Virus record (IMG/VR): IMGVR_UViG_3300014208_001441
Coordinates: 1-37,318 of that record
DNA: 37,318 nt
Source of the DNA: a virus
Lineage: Duplodnaviria > Caudoviricetes
Direction: 5' to 3' (one strand)
The position numbers and the translations under genes were made by a program. Under the pieces are notes generated by a model that did no database searches, had not been told where the DNA came from, and saw nothing but the letters and a program-made list of their open reading frames with translations. Of this stretch, positions 7,658 to 15,967 are shown piece by piece. The stretch's first letter is position 1, and each line of letters starts with the position of its first letter.

Positions 7658-7986
7658 GCTGGCACCATCCCTATCGCGGCCCGCACCCGGTGTAGCTTCT
7701 CGGCGATACCATCCTGTATGTCGTCGTCTTCAAAGCCAGCCATGAAGTCTTCTGCGATGATGAGTGCATCAAGGATCTGCCTAGCAGTCTGTACCTGTGG
7801 ATCTGCGCTCATCTGGTTGATGGCTATATGGCCGCGCTCGATGATCTGCACGGTGATGTCGCGCTCATGCTCGGTCAGCGCGGCTTTGTTCTTGATGTGG
7901 TCCAGATCCATCACTGCATCGAGCGACGCTTTGATGAGTACGGACACTTGGTGTGCGCTGGTGGATACGTCTGCAATCGTGTTCAT
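7654..7986 (-). CDS. Hypothetical protein
   Basis: MNTIADVS start, ATGA-coupled. Confidence 0.6.
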   Translation of the reverse strand: MNTIADVSTSAHQVSVLIKASLDAVMDLDHIKNKAALTEHERDITVQIIERGHIAINQMSADPQVQTARQILDALIIAEDFMAGFEDDDIQDGIAEKLHRVRAAIGMVPA

Positions 7987-8393
7987 GCTGACACCCCGCT
8001 GCGCACGATGTTGTCCAGGCACTTATGAAGGCGATCCAAGGCCGTCCCCATCATGCGGATGCGCTCTTCCGCTTGCTCAACATAGAATTTCGTCTTTGGC
8101 GTGGAGTTCTTTTTGGTGGGTGGCGCACTCATGCGCTTGGCCAGTGATTCGCGGATAGCCTCGACGTTGGCTGTGTATTCATGGCTGCGGCCACCGCGAC
8201 TGTAGGTGATCTTCTTGCCTGTTCTGGTGATGAGACCTTGCTCATCCAGCGATGAGATGGCGCCGCTCACTTGCTTCACGTCGATCTTCTTCAGGTCGTC
8301 TGTGTTGGCCTGCTTGAGATCAAAGAACGTGAATGTGCGATCGGCGTAGTGTTCGAGTAGATGACGCTTGATGATGTCGATGTTGCGGCTCAT
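7983..8393 (-). CDS. Hypothetical protein, possible winged-helix
   Basis: KQVSGAISSLDEQGLITRTG resembles a wHTH recognition helix and wing. Confidence 0.55.
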   Translation of the reverse strand: MSRNIDIIKRHLLEHYADRTFTFFDLKQANTDDLKKIDVKQVSGAISSLDEQGLITRTGKKITYSRGGRSHEYTANVEAIRESLAKRMSAPPTKKNSTPKTKFYVEQAEERIRMMGTALDRLHKCLDNIVRSGVSA

Positions 8394-8659
8394 GCTGCCG
8401 CCTTCTCAAGTGCGTACTGTGCTTGGTGAGCCTCGAACTCTTTCGCGTGGGCAAACAGGTTTGCAGCTAGGTCACGCGCCTCAGTTGGTGTGATGCGAAT
8501 GTGAAGATGGCATGCACCGGTATCGATGGTGATGATCGAGTATGGAATATCTTCGCCTATGTTGGTGAAGTGCGTCACATCGAATGTGGTTGGACCGCGA
8601 TACTCCATATCCTTAACAATCGTTTTGCGGGTGTAGTGCTTGTCTATTTCAAATTGCAT
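8390..8659 (-). CDS. Hypothetical protein
   Basis: MQFEIDKH start with GGGAG SD. Confidence 0.6.
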   Translation of the reverse strand: MQFEIDKHYTRKTIVKDMEYRGPTTFDVTHFTNIGEDIPYSIITIDTGACHLHIRITPTEARDLAANLFAHAKEFEAHQAQYALEKAAA

Positions 8660-8669
8660 GGCGTTCTCC

Positions 8670-8855
8670 CTATGCGTGGTGGTGATTCGATTGCCGCTCG
8701 GCTGCATCGCGCATGGCCTGCGCTTGAAGGACGAGCGATTTGTATAGGATGGGAGTGGACAGCGCCTTGACCAAGCTCACGCCGATACGACGAAGCTGTG
8801 CCTGCTTGTAGGCTTTGCTGAGTTCTTCTGCGGTGGGTTGCTGTTTGCTTGCCAT
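8670..8855 (-). CDS. Hypothetical protein, first gene of the leftward operon
   Basis: GGAG SD; immediately downstream of PL. Confidence 0.55.
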   Translation of the reverse strand: MASKQQPTAEELSKAYKQAQLRRIGVSLVKALSTPILYKSLVLQAQAMRDAAERQSNHHHA

Positions 8856-8887
8856 TTCCGTCTCCGTTTTGAGGGGGTACGGTCGGC

Positions 8888-8929
8888 ACTGTAAAACAAA
8901 TGTTTTTATTAAGTCAACACAATTGTTTT
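8888..8929 (-). promoter_or_regulatory. PL promoter with two operators (OL)
   Basis: TTGACT, 18 bp, TACAGT on the minus strand; AAAACAAATGTTTT (8893-8906) and AACACAATTGTTTT (8916-8929). Confidence 0.75.
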
Positions 8930-8939
8930 GAAGCGGGGC

Positions 8940-8970
8940 AAAATAAAGCCGCAGGGGTATGCCTGCGGCT
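8940..8970 (-). terminator. Intrinsic terminator of the repressor transcript
   Basis: Perfect 9-bp stem AGCCGCAGG/CCTGCGGCT followed by TTATTTT on the minus strand. Confidence 0.75.
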
Positions 8971-8986
8971 GGGGGTTATTTGAAAA

Positions 8987-9322
8987 TCAATAGGGCTGGA
9001 ACTTGCACTTTGGGCAGATCACGACCGTTTTTTTGCTTCTACCAAAGTGATCAACCATGAAAGCGATGCCGATTACGATAAGGGCTGCCAGCCAGTTGAA
9101 GGCAAACAGAACAATACCGAAAAGGAATAGCGGAACAGATAGCAGCAACACAGGACTGAGTGATACGGGCTTTTGCTCAGTGATATATGGGGTACCGCAC
9201 TTTTTACAGTTGTTGGCTTGTTCTATTTTTTGGAGTACCACAGTTGGTGCGCCACAGTGAGGGCATGTGGTTGCTTTGTCGCTGATCTCTTTTTGGCACT
9301 CGTTGCAGTTGATTAAAGCCAT
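8987..9322 (-). CDS. Zinc-ribbon membrane protein (lysogen-expressed)
   Basis: CNEC..CPHC, CKKC..CPKC and two TM helices; downstream of the repressor. Confidence 0.75.
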   Translation of the reverse strand: MALINCNECQKEISDKATTCPHCGAPTVVLQKIEQANNCKKCGTPYITEQKPVSLSPVLLLSVPLFLFGIVLFAFNWLAALIVIGIAFMVDHFGRSKKTVVICPKCKFQPY

Positions 9323-9408
9323 GATTCACCCTCATCCGAAACTAAATAGAAAAAGCTGTTGTGGTCGGTCTCGCTCAAACTTATGGCACACCGTCGATGA
9401 GACCAGTG

Positions 9409-9846
9409 TTAGGCGGCGTGCCGTTTGTCTGTTGGCGGATCAAGAGTGCGCTTCTTCTCCTGATCCTTCATTTTCCCCTCGGTTATTTTGCGTGCCTTGA
9501 TTGCTGCGGCTCTGATCTGAGCGCGCCACACATCAGCATCTTCTGGTTCTAGTGCGTCTAGATCATCAAGGACTGGATCTCGCGCGTTATAGGTTGCAAC
9601 ATTATCAGATACTTTATTTGCAGTGGGCGCATCGCTCAGCAGCGCATCGATTGAGACCCCCAGCGCTTTGGCGATAGCAGTTGCATGTTTGGAGGATTCG
9701 CTATCCCGCTTTTCAAGTGCGCTGATCGCTCCCTGGGATACGCCGATATTGGGCGTGTCTTCAGACCACCCTGTCAGTTTAGCCAGCGCGTCTTGGGTAA
9801 GGCCTTTCGCCTCCCGCAACTTCAATATTTTTTTACCTAGTGCCAT
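9409..9846 (-). CDS. CI-like XRE repressor
   Basis: LREAKGLTQDALA...VSQGAISALE...IAKALGVSIDALL; divergent from cro. Confidence 0.88.
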   Translation of the reverse strand: MALGKKILKLREAKGLTQDALAKLTGWSEDTPNIGVSQGAISALEKRDSESSKHATAIAKALGVSIDALLSDAPTANKVSDNVATYNARDPVLDDLDALEPEDADVWRAQIRAAAIKARKITEGKMKDQEKKRTLDPPTDKRHAA

Positions 9847-9852
9847 TTTCGG

Positions 9853-9923
9853 ACGGTAAAACAACCATTGTTATAAAACAAACAACAAATGTATTGACCA
9901 ATAGAAAACAATTGTTTTATAGT
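9853..9923. promoter_or_regulatory. PR/PRM divergent promoters with three operators (OR)
   Basis: PR TTGACC (9894), 18 bp, TATAGT (9918); perfect palindrome AAAACAATTGTTTT (9905-9918); degenerate copies at 9861-9874 and 9882-9895. Confidence 0.78.
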
Positions 9924-9929
9924 CTGGGC

Positions 9930-10184
9930 ATGAACACTCCACTCGAAAAAGCTGCTGAGCTGGCTGGCGGACAAACCAAGCTGGCAATTGAACTGACGAA
10001 GCTGACCACAAAGCCGGTCACGCAGGCGCATGTGTGGAATTGGATCAACCGTTCCAATGGCGTAGCACCCCCTGAGTTTTGTTCTGCTATCGAGCAGATC
10101 GTTGGAAAGAAGGTGACCAGGCAGGAATTGCGCCCGAATGATTGGAAGCAGATATGGCCTGAGCTGAATAAGGAGGCCGCGTAA
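9930..10184 (+). CDS. Cro-like (YdaS family) regulator
   Basis: AGGQTKLA...VTQAHVWNW...VTRQELRPNDW. Confidence 0.88.
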   Translation: MNTPLEKAAELAGGQTKLAIELTKLTTKPVTQAHVWNWINRSNGVAPPEFCSAIEQIVGKKVTRQELRPNDWKQIWPELNKEAA

Positions 10185-10429
10185 TGGAATTTCTCTGTGC
10201 TGCGCTGATTGGCATATCAGCGGCCGTGATCGAACAGTTATTTCTTGCGCATCGGGAAAAGTGCGCGGGCGCTCAAAAGGTGAATCGATGATCAAGTCAA
10301 GCGTTTCTGCTGATTGCTCTGTGCATCTAAATTTTGACGCGAACAGCTTGCCTGCGCTGCTGCTGTTGCCCGGCGCTCCGCTGACTGCGTATGCCGTCAC
10401 ACAGGGTGGTGTGATGCTGCTAGACGCGG

Positions 10430-10645
10430 CTAAGCAGGCGACCCTGTTAAACACATTACCGTCAGAGGTGATCCGTTCTTTGGGTCTATTCCAATCGAAT
10501 ATAGGCGAGAGCGAATCGTGAAGGCGTGCGTTTCTTTGCCGATGAGCATGACCACTTTGTCGCCAACCATTGGCGCTGGGATTTCTTCCGGCCAAGGTAT
10601 ATCCGCCAGTTTGTTTTCGATAGTTAGTTTTGTAATGAGCTTCAT
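10430..10645 (-). CDS. Small hypothetical protein, antisense to the early right operon
   Basis: AAAGGA SD before MPMKLITK; protein-like composition. Confidence 0.5.
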   Translation of the reverse strand: MKLITKLTIENKLADIPWPEEIPAPMVGDKVVMLIGKETHAFTIRSRLYSIGIDPKNGSPLTVMCLTGSPA

Positions 10646-10802
10646 GGGCATTCCTTTCGTGCTGGGGTTTAGTGTGAGAACTCCATCCTATCACGGTCGT
10701 GGATGCCCTTCTTTTAACGGAGGTGCGCTGTGATTCGCGCCTCAACCAAACCCCGCTGCTACCTATCCTCCCTGAGCGGGTGCCGCCAGCAGTGCGGCTT
10801 TG

Positions 10803-10838
10803 TACCGTCCGAGTCGCAAGCTTGGACGGTATTTTTTT
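10803..10838 (+). terminator. tR1-like intrinsic terminator
   Basis: 11-bp stem TACCGTCCGAG/CTTGGACGGTA followed by T7. Confidence 0.8.
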
Positions 10839-11088
10839 ATTCAGCGTTGATCGCATGGCGGTCTCCTAGCACTGTCCGTTCAACCTTATCGAATGTCTCG
10901 CGCTGTATCTCGCGCGCATCTGCATCGGCATTTGGTTCGGTGACCTTACAAAATATTGCGCAACGAGCTGCATATTCGTTCCGCACGTCTAACCCGGTCT
11001 TGTTGATCACTGCTGCAACCAAGTGCATGAGTGCGATGTTCTGCGCTTGCAGTGTGTTGAGCCGGTCGATGAGTTCGTCGTTATCCAT
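10837..11088 (-). CDS. Small hypothetical protein, antisense to the early right operon
   Basis: MDNDELIDRL..., helical, ends at the terminator hairpin. Confidence 0.5.
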   Translation of the reverse strand: MDNDELIDRLNTLQAQNIALMHLVAAVINKTGLDVRNEYAARCAIFCKVTEPNADADAREIQRETFDKVERTVLGDRHAINAE

Positions 11089-11147
11089 GGCTCAACTTTG
11101 CGCCGAAGGCGCAATGCCTGCCACGTCAAAATAAAGGGAGAGATGAC

Positions 11148-11606
11148 ATGACCAGTAGCGTCCTTGATGCGGCATACCTGACCGCACACAATTACCCAGG
11201 CGGCATCGCTCCTCTAGCCATCCGCATCGGTGCCAAGAATGCGGCAGTCCTGTCGCATAAGTTAAATCCGAACGACTCGGCAAACCACCTGACAGTGAGT
11301 GATCTGATGGCCATCATGATGATGACTGGTGACCATAGCGCACTGCATGCCGCCGCGCAGTCACTTGGATATATGGTTCTCCCGCTTCCAACTATTGATG
11401 ACGAGACCGCAACCGAGGCCATCACTGATACGGTCAAGGAGTTCGCAGACTTCCTACAAGTAGTCACCAAGTCACTCACCGACAAGAAGATAACAAAGAC
11501 AGAGCTGCGCCAAGTGCGCAAGGAGCTTGGCGAATTGGTGGCTCAAGGCGGCAAGCTCGAATCCATCTTGGCTGCAATGGAATCCAAGCAGGGCCGCCAC
11601 TCATGA
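11148..11606 (+). CDS. Phage regulatory CII-family protein
   Basis: AHNYPGGIAPLA...VLSHKLNPN...HLT pattern; position after cro. Confidence 0.8.
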   Translation: MTSSVLDAAYLTAHNYPGGIAPLAIRIGAKNAAVLSHKLNPNDSANHLTVSDLMAIMMMTGDHSALHAAAQSLGYMVLPLPTIDDETATEAITDTVKEFADFLQVVTKSLTDKKITKTELRQVRKELGELVAQGGKLESILAAMESKQGRHS

Positions 11607-11710
11607 ACCATATCCCCGTCCCCCTACTGATTAAGAAGCGGCTCGGCTGTTCGCGTAGTTGCATCGCTGTTGCAACGACTGCAACAACCTCAAAGCGTCA
11701 GCCAGTTCAC

Positions 11711-11753
11711 GGGTCCTCCCTGAGCTTTCCCACTGCGGGTAATTCGAACCACG
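11711..11753 (+). other. Candidate cos site (cosQ plus cosN-like)
   Basis: GGGTCCT identical to lambda cosQ, followed by partially symmetric GCGGGTAATTCGAACCACG; the phage has a GpA-type terminase. Confidence 0.45.
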
Positions 11754-11810
11754 TTATTCCGCTAGGTTGTGATGTTTCAAACTTGGTCAACTGACCGGAG
11801 AGCCTGATAG

Positions 11811-12566
11811 ATGCTGACTTTTAAGCTGGAAGGGTTTGATGAGCTGCAGCGAAAGCTGGCGGATTCTCCGCGCAAGTTGGAGATCGCGACACAGCGGGCG
11901 ATGTTGAAAACCGCAGAAATAATACGCGACAGAGAAAGCAAGCATATCGAGAAAGTTTTCAATAAGCCAACGAGCTGGACTCGTGGCGCCATGAGGGTGA
12001 AGGTAACTGGAAAACTTGAGGTGTCAGTTGGGATTGTCGGAGAAAGCCCGGCTGACAAGCGAAAACAAAGTTACCTGTCGGTACAGATGGAAGGTGGTAA
12101 ACGCAGAATGAAGGGGTTTGAGCGTGCCTTGTTGCGCGCTGGAATTTTGCCGATGGGTTGGTTGGCAATGCCTGGCGAGGGTGCGGTTATTGACGGGTAC
12201 GGGAATATGTCCGTTGGGCAAATAAAACAAATCATGAGCTGGTTCAGTGCTGCCGAACCATACTCTGGATCGACTCAAAACATGACAGATGCAACTCGGG
12301 ATAAGCGCCGCAAAGGAACACGTAGCAAGGTCGGGTTCGAATATGTATATGTTCGACCTGGCGCGCAAAAGAATCTGAAACAACCAGGAATATATCAGCG
12401 ATTCTTTTTGGGTCATGGATCTGCTTTAAAGCCTGTGCTGATATTCGTCAGAAAGGGCACATCATACAAACCAATATTCAGGTTTAAAGATGTTGCGCAG
12501 GTTGCGTTCGAAGACAACATTCAAGACCAGATGGATAAAGCCATCGAGTTGGAGTTGTTCAAATGA
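11811..12566 (+). CDS. Basic phage morphogenesis-like protein (gpZ/HK97 gp10-like)
   Basis: KLEGFDELQRKL...VFNKPTSWT...DGYGNMSVG...PVLIFV. Confidence 0.5.
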   Translation: MLTFKLEGFDELQRKLADSPRKLEIATQRAMLKTAEIIRDRESKHIEKVFNKPTSWTRGAMRVKVTGKLEVSVGIVGESPADKRKQSYLSVQMEGGKRRMKGFERALLRAGILPMGWLAMPGEGAVIDGYGNMSVGQIKQIMSWFSAAEPYSGSTQNMTDATRDKRRKGTRSKVGFEYVYVRPGAQKNLKQPGIYQRFFLGHGSALKPVLIFVRKGTSYKPIFRFKDVAQVAFEDNIQDQMDKAIELELFK

Positions 12567-15181
12567 GTTGGGCGAACTACGACGATGCCAAGACCCAGCT
12601 GCAGGATGCAGGGCTGATTCTCGACAAGCCTTTGGAGCTGGATGCCCGTGTGCAGCGGTGGAAGGTTGACGGAGAGGATCGCGAGCGGCGGGGGTGGTCG
12701 AAGTTGCGCGAGTGGCAGTCGAAGGCGGGCAACACTTTCATCGTCGGCGCGTTCGGCGTGTGGCGCGGTAACGATGACGGCTACACCAAGATCGAGCTGA
12801 GCAAGGTGTGCGATTCCTGCGGGGCCAAGATGAGCCTCAAGGAAAAGACCTGTCCATCCTGCAAGACTGCGGTGACGAATAGCATCACCGCTGAGGATAT
12901 GGAAGCCATCAAGGCGGCGAACAAGGAAGCGGCCAAGAAGGTCGCGGATCTGCGCAAGGCCGAGATCAAGCGCGCAGCGTCCTGGGCGGAATCGGTGTGG
13001 GGGAAGTGCGCACCATGCGAGGCTCACGAATACCTGGAGCGCAAGCAGATCAAGCCGCACGGCCTGCGCATCCTGCCCGACACCATCGAGGGGATGACGC
13101 TGGCTGGCATTGACGATTCCAACGCATTCCGCCTCAAGTCTGCGGCCGGTGCACTGGTCGTTCCGATGCACGATGCTAAGGGCGCGATGCAGGGCTTGCA
13201 GTTCATCTACGCCAAAGGCCACCCGCGCCGAGCAAAGATAGACCGCGACAAGGAATTCTGGCCAAGCGGCATGGCCATGGGTGGAACCTTCGGGCTGGTC
13301 GGCCCCATCAAGCGCGAGGGCGTCATGCTCATCACTGAGGGTTACGCCACAGCCGCCAGCCTGTATGAATCAACTGGGCAAACCGTTGCCTATGCCTTCG
13401 CTGCCAACAACCTGCTCAAGGCTGGCAAGCAACTCAACAAAGAATACCCACGGCTGCGCTTCCTGTTCTGTGCGGACGACGACTACCTCAAGCCTTGCCG
13501 CGAATGCAAGAAGCCCACGCTGACCGAGTCACCGATCTGCTCGCACTGCGGAGCCAAGCACATGCAGGAAAACACCGGCGCGATCGCCTGCTCTGCGGCC
13601 ACCGCCGAGATCGAGCGTTCCGCTTGGGTGAAGCCTATTTTCCCCAAAGACGCGGACGGCAAAGACCTGCGCGACGGAAAGAAGCTCACCGACTTCAACG
13701 ATCTTTTCATCATGACCGGATTACCCCTCACGCTGGCGGACCAGATCAATGCCAAGCTCAGCGAGATGAAATGGAACGACTCTGTGCCGCGCGGGGAACC
13801 CGCAACACAGGGGGGTGGGGAAGGCGATGGCAGGCGTTCTGCCGTCTCTGTGATGTCGCTGGATGATGCGGTCGATCGCTTCGTCCCACTGGATGATGGC
13901 ACCGGTAAGTACCTGTTCGACATCTGGACCAGCAAGATCGTGAGTCGCGACCAGATGGTGGCGCTGCTGCCCGCTGGTGTTCGTGGCGATATAGTCAAGA
14001 GCCATCCGGTGTGGATCTCGCGCGGGGCGTATTACTTAGATCAGGTTGGGTTCGACCCGGCTGGCAATGACAGCATGGTCAAGCTCAACACATGGAAGGG
14101 GTGGCCTATCAAGCCGAAGCGCGGATCGTGCGAACGTCTGCTCGAGCTGATCGACTACCTATGCAGTGGAGAGAAGAACAGCACCGAGGTCGTCAAATGG
14201 CTGCTGTGCTGGATGGCCTACCCGCTGCAGAACCCCGGCGCAAAGATGAATAGCGCCGTCATCATGCACGGCCCGCAGGGCACTGGTAAGTCCACCGTAT
14301 TCCAAACGCTGTCTAAGATATACGGCGACTACTCCACCGTGCTCAACCAGCGCGGGCTGGAAGACAAATTCAATGCCGACTGGTCGGATTCAAAGCTATT
14401 CATTTTGGCCGAAGAAGTCGTCACTCGCGCTGAGATGTGGCACATCAAAAACGAACTCAAAGAGCTGGTCACCGGCGAATGGATCCGCGTCAATCCAAAG
14501 AACGTCGCGGCGTATCGTCAGCGGAATCACGTCAACATCGTCTATCTATCAAACGAAGACCAACCACTGCCGCTGGATAACGACGACCGACGGCACTGCG
14601 TCGTGTGGACGCCACCTGAGCTCGGTGCGGAATTTTACGACGAGGTATTTATCGAGCAAGAACACGGAGGAATCGAAGCCTTCTACTACTACCTGATGCA
14701 CATCGATCTTGGCGATTTCCACCCCAAGAAGCGCCCGCCGATGACTGAATCCAAGGAAGCCCTCATCAACCTATCCATGCCCAGCGAAGACCGCTTCGTG
14801 CGCGACTGGATAGCGGGCGACATCATCCTACACAACGATACACCGCTGCCATTCTGTGCTTGCGGAAGCGACGAACTATACCTGGCGTACTCGCGATGGT
14901 GTCGCAAGGAAGGCGAGATGCGACCGCGCGCACAGAACCAGTTCAGCAGCCGCATGGCGCGGCGTATCGGCTGGGAAAAGGGACATCGCGATCGATACTC
15001 GGACTACCAGTTCGTCGGCGAAAAGAAGCGCCAACGCATGATCACACCGTCCGATCTAGACATGGCCGATGCCATAAAGCGCGGCGGCAATGACTACCGC
15101 AAGAAAGATGAAGAAACCGTGTCGCAATGGGCCACGCGGTGTTTTTTCGACTTCAAAAAAGCGCTAGGAGACGACCAATGA
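12563..15181 (+). CDS. DNA primase-helicase (Toprim plus SF3/D5-like helicase)
   Basis: ITEGYATA and CADDD Toprim motifs, TDFND, Walker A GPQGTGKST, DDRR. Confidence 0.9.
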   Translation: MSWANYDDAKTQLQDAGLILDKPLELDARVQRWKVDGEDRERRGWSKLREWQSKAGNTFIVGAFGVWRGNDDGYTKIELSKVCDSCGAKMSLKEKTCPSCKTAVTNSITAEDMEAIKAANKEAAKKVADLRKAEIKRAASWAESVWGKCAPCEAHEYLERKQIKPHGLRILPDTIEGMTLAGIDDSNAFRLKSAAGALVVPMHDAKGAMQGLQFIYAKGHPRRAKIDRDKEFWPSGMAMGGTFGLVGPIKREGVMLITEGYATAASLYESTGQTVAYAFAANNLLKAGKQLNKEYPRLRFLFCADDDYLKPCRECKKPTLTESPICSHCGAKHMQENTGAIACSAATAEIERSAWVKPIFPKDADGKDLRDGKKLTDFNDLFIMTGLPLTLADQINAKLSEMKWNDSVPRGEPATQGGGEGDGRRSAVSVMSLDDAVDRFVPLDDGTGKYLFDIWTSKIVSRDQMVALLPAGVRGDIVKSHPVWISRGAYYLDQVGFDPAGNDSMVKLNTWKGWPIKPKRGSCERLLELIDYLCSGEKNSTEVVKWLLCWMAYPLQNPGAKMNSAVIMHGPQGTGKSTVFQTLSKIYGDYSTVLNQRGLEDKFNADWSDSKLFILAEEVVTRAEMWHIKNELKELVTGEWIRVNPKNVAAYRQRNHVNIVYLSNEDQPLPLDNDDRRHCVVWTPPELGAEFYDEVFIEQEHGGIEAFYYYLMHIDLGDFHPKKRPPMTESKEALINLSMPSEDRFVRDWIAGDIILHNDTPLPFCACGSDELYLAYSRWCRKEGEMRPRAQNQFSSRMARRIGWEKGHRDRYSDYQFVGEKKRQRMITPSDLDMADAIKRGGNDYRKKDEETVSQWATRCFFDFKKALGDDQ

Positions 15182-15455
15182 GCGCACGGGTACAGACCAA
15201 AAACGCACGGGTATGCGCACGGGTAAAAGCCCGTAGCGCACGGATAGCACGGGCGCACGGGTCGCGCGCGCCCATACGGGGGAGAAATGCACCGCCCGCG
15301 TGCGCGCACATATCTCCCGTGTGCGCGCATATTACCTGTGCGCCCGTGCGCCCCGTGCGTTGCGGGGATGTACCCGTGCGCATACCCGTGCGCTCGCTCG
15401 CGCACCCGTGCGTTCCTATGTTTTTTAATCTTTAAAAAAAAGAAAAGAGAGAAAG
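15182..15455. repeat. Probable replication origin: convergent GCACGGG iterons plus AT-rich tract
   Basis: Six GCACGG(G) copies, then at least five inverted CCCGTGCG copies, then an A/T run. Confidence 0.7.
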
Positions 15456-15460
15456 GGATT

Positions 15461-15967
15461 ATGACCACGGCCACGCAATCCAAATTCGCCGCCATCATCG
15501 GCAAAGACAAAGGCTACGTCACGCGCCTGAAGCAGGCAGGGCGGCTGGTGATGGTGCAGACGTCTAAAGGCGAGCGGGTGGACGTGGAGGCCAGCCAGGC
15601 ACTGTTGGCCAAGACTGCTGACCCGGCGCATGGCGGACAGGATGCGAAGCGCGGCAAGGGGGCGGAAAAGGCCGCTGGCGGCACCTACAACGATGCCCGT
15701 ACGCGCAATGAGATGGCCAAAGCGCAGATAGCCGAACTGGATCTGGCGGTGCAGCAGGGCAAGCTGGTGGATGCAGAAGAAGCCCGTCTATTCGCAGCCG
15801 ATCTGGCATCCACATTTCGTAGCGCTATTGAAGCGTTGTGGGACCGCCTCGCGCCGGAAGTTGTGCCATTGCATGACATCGAATCGACACGCGCCGTAAT
15901 GGCAGAGCACGGTGAGCAGGTACTGGGGGATTTGGCGGACAAGATCAAGAAATGGGGGGAAGTGTGA
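15461..15967 (+). CDS. Terminase small subunit (Nu1-like)
   Basis: N-terminal wHTH TQSKFAAIIG..YVTRLKQAGRL; ARTRNE..KAQIAELDLA...GKLVD. Confidence 0.82.
   Translation: MTTATQSKFAAIIGKDKGYVTRLKQAGRLVMVQTSKGERVDVEASQALLAKTADPAHGGQDAKRGKGAEKAAGGTYNDARTRNEMAKAQIAELDLAVQQGKLVDAEEARLFAADLASTFRSAIEALWDRLAPEVVPLHDIESTRAVMAEHGEQVLGDLADKIKKWGEV

Noticed and set aside
9837-10856. 339-aa minus-strand ORF
   Set aside because: Overlaps cro, operators and promoters; no recognisable motifs
10766-11725. 12-nt repeat TCCTCCCTGAGC at 10766 and 11714
   Set aside because: Only two short copies; may be chance and no function can be supported
15094-15460. Cys/Arg/Ala-rich ORFs, including the 5' extension of terS from 15287
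   Set aside because: Translations of the iteron repeats
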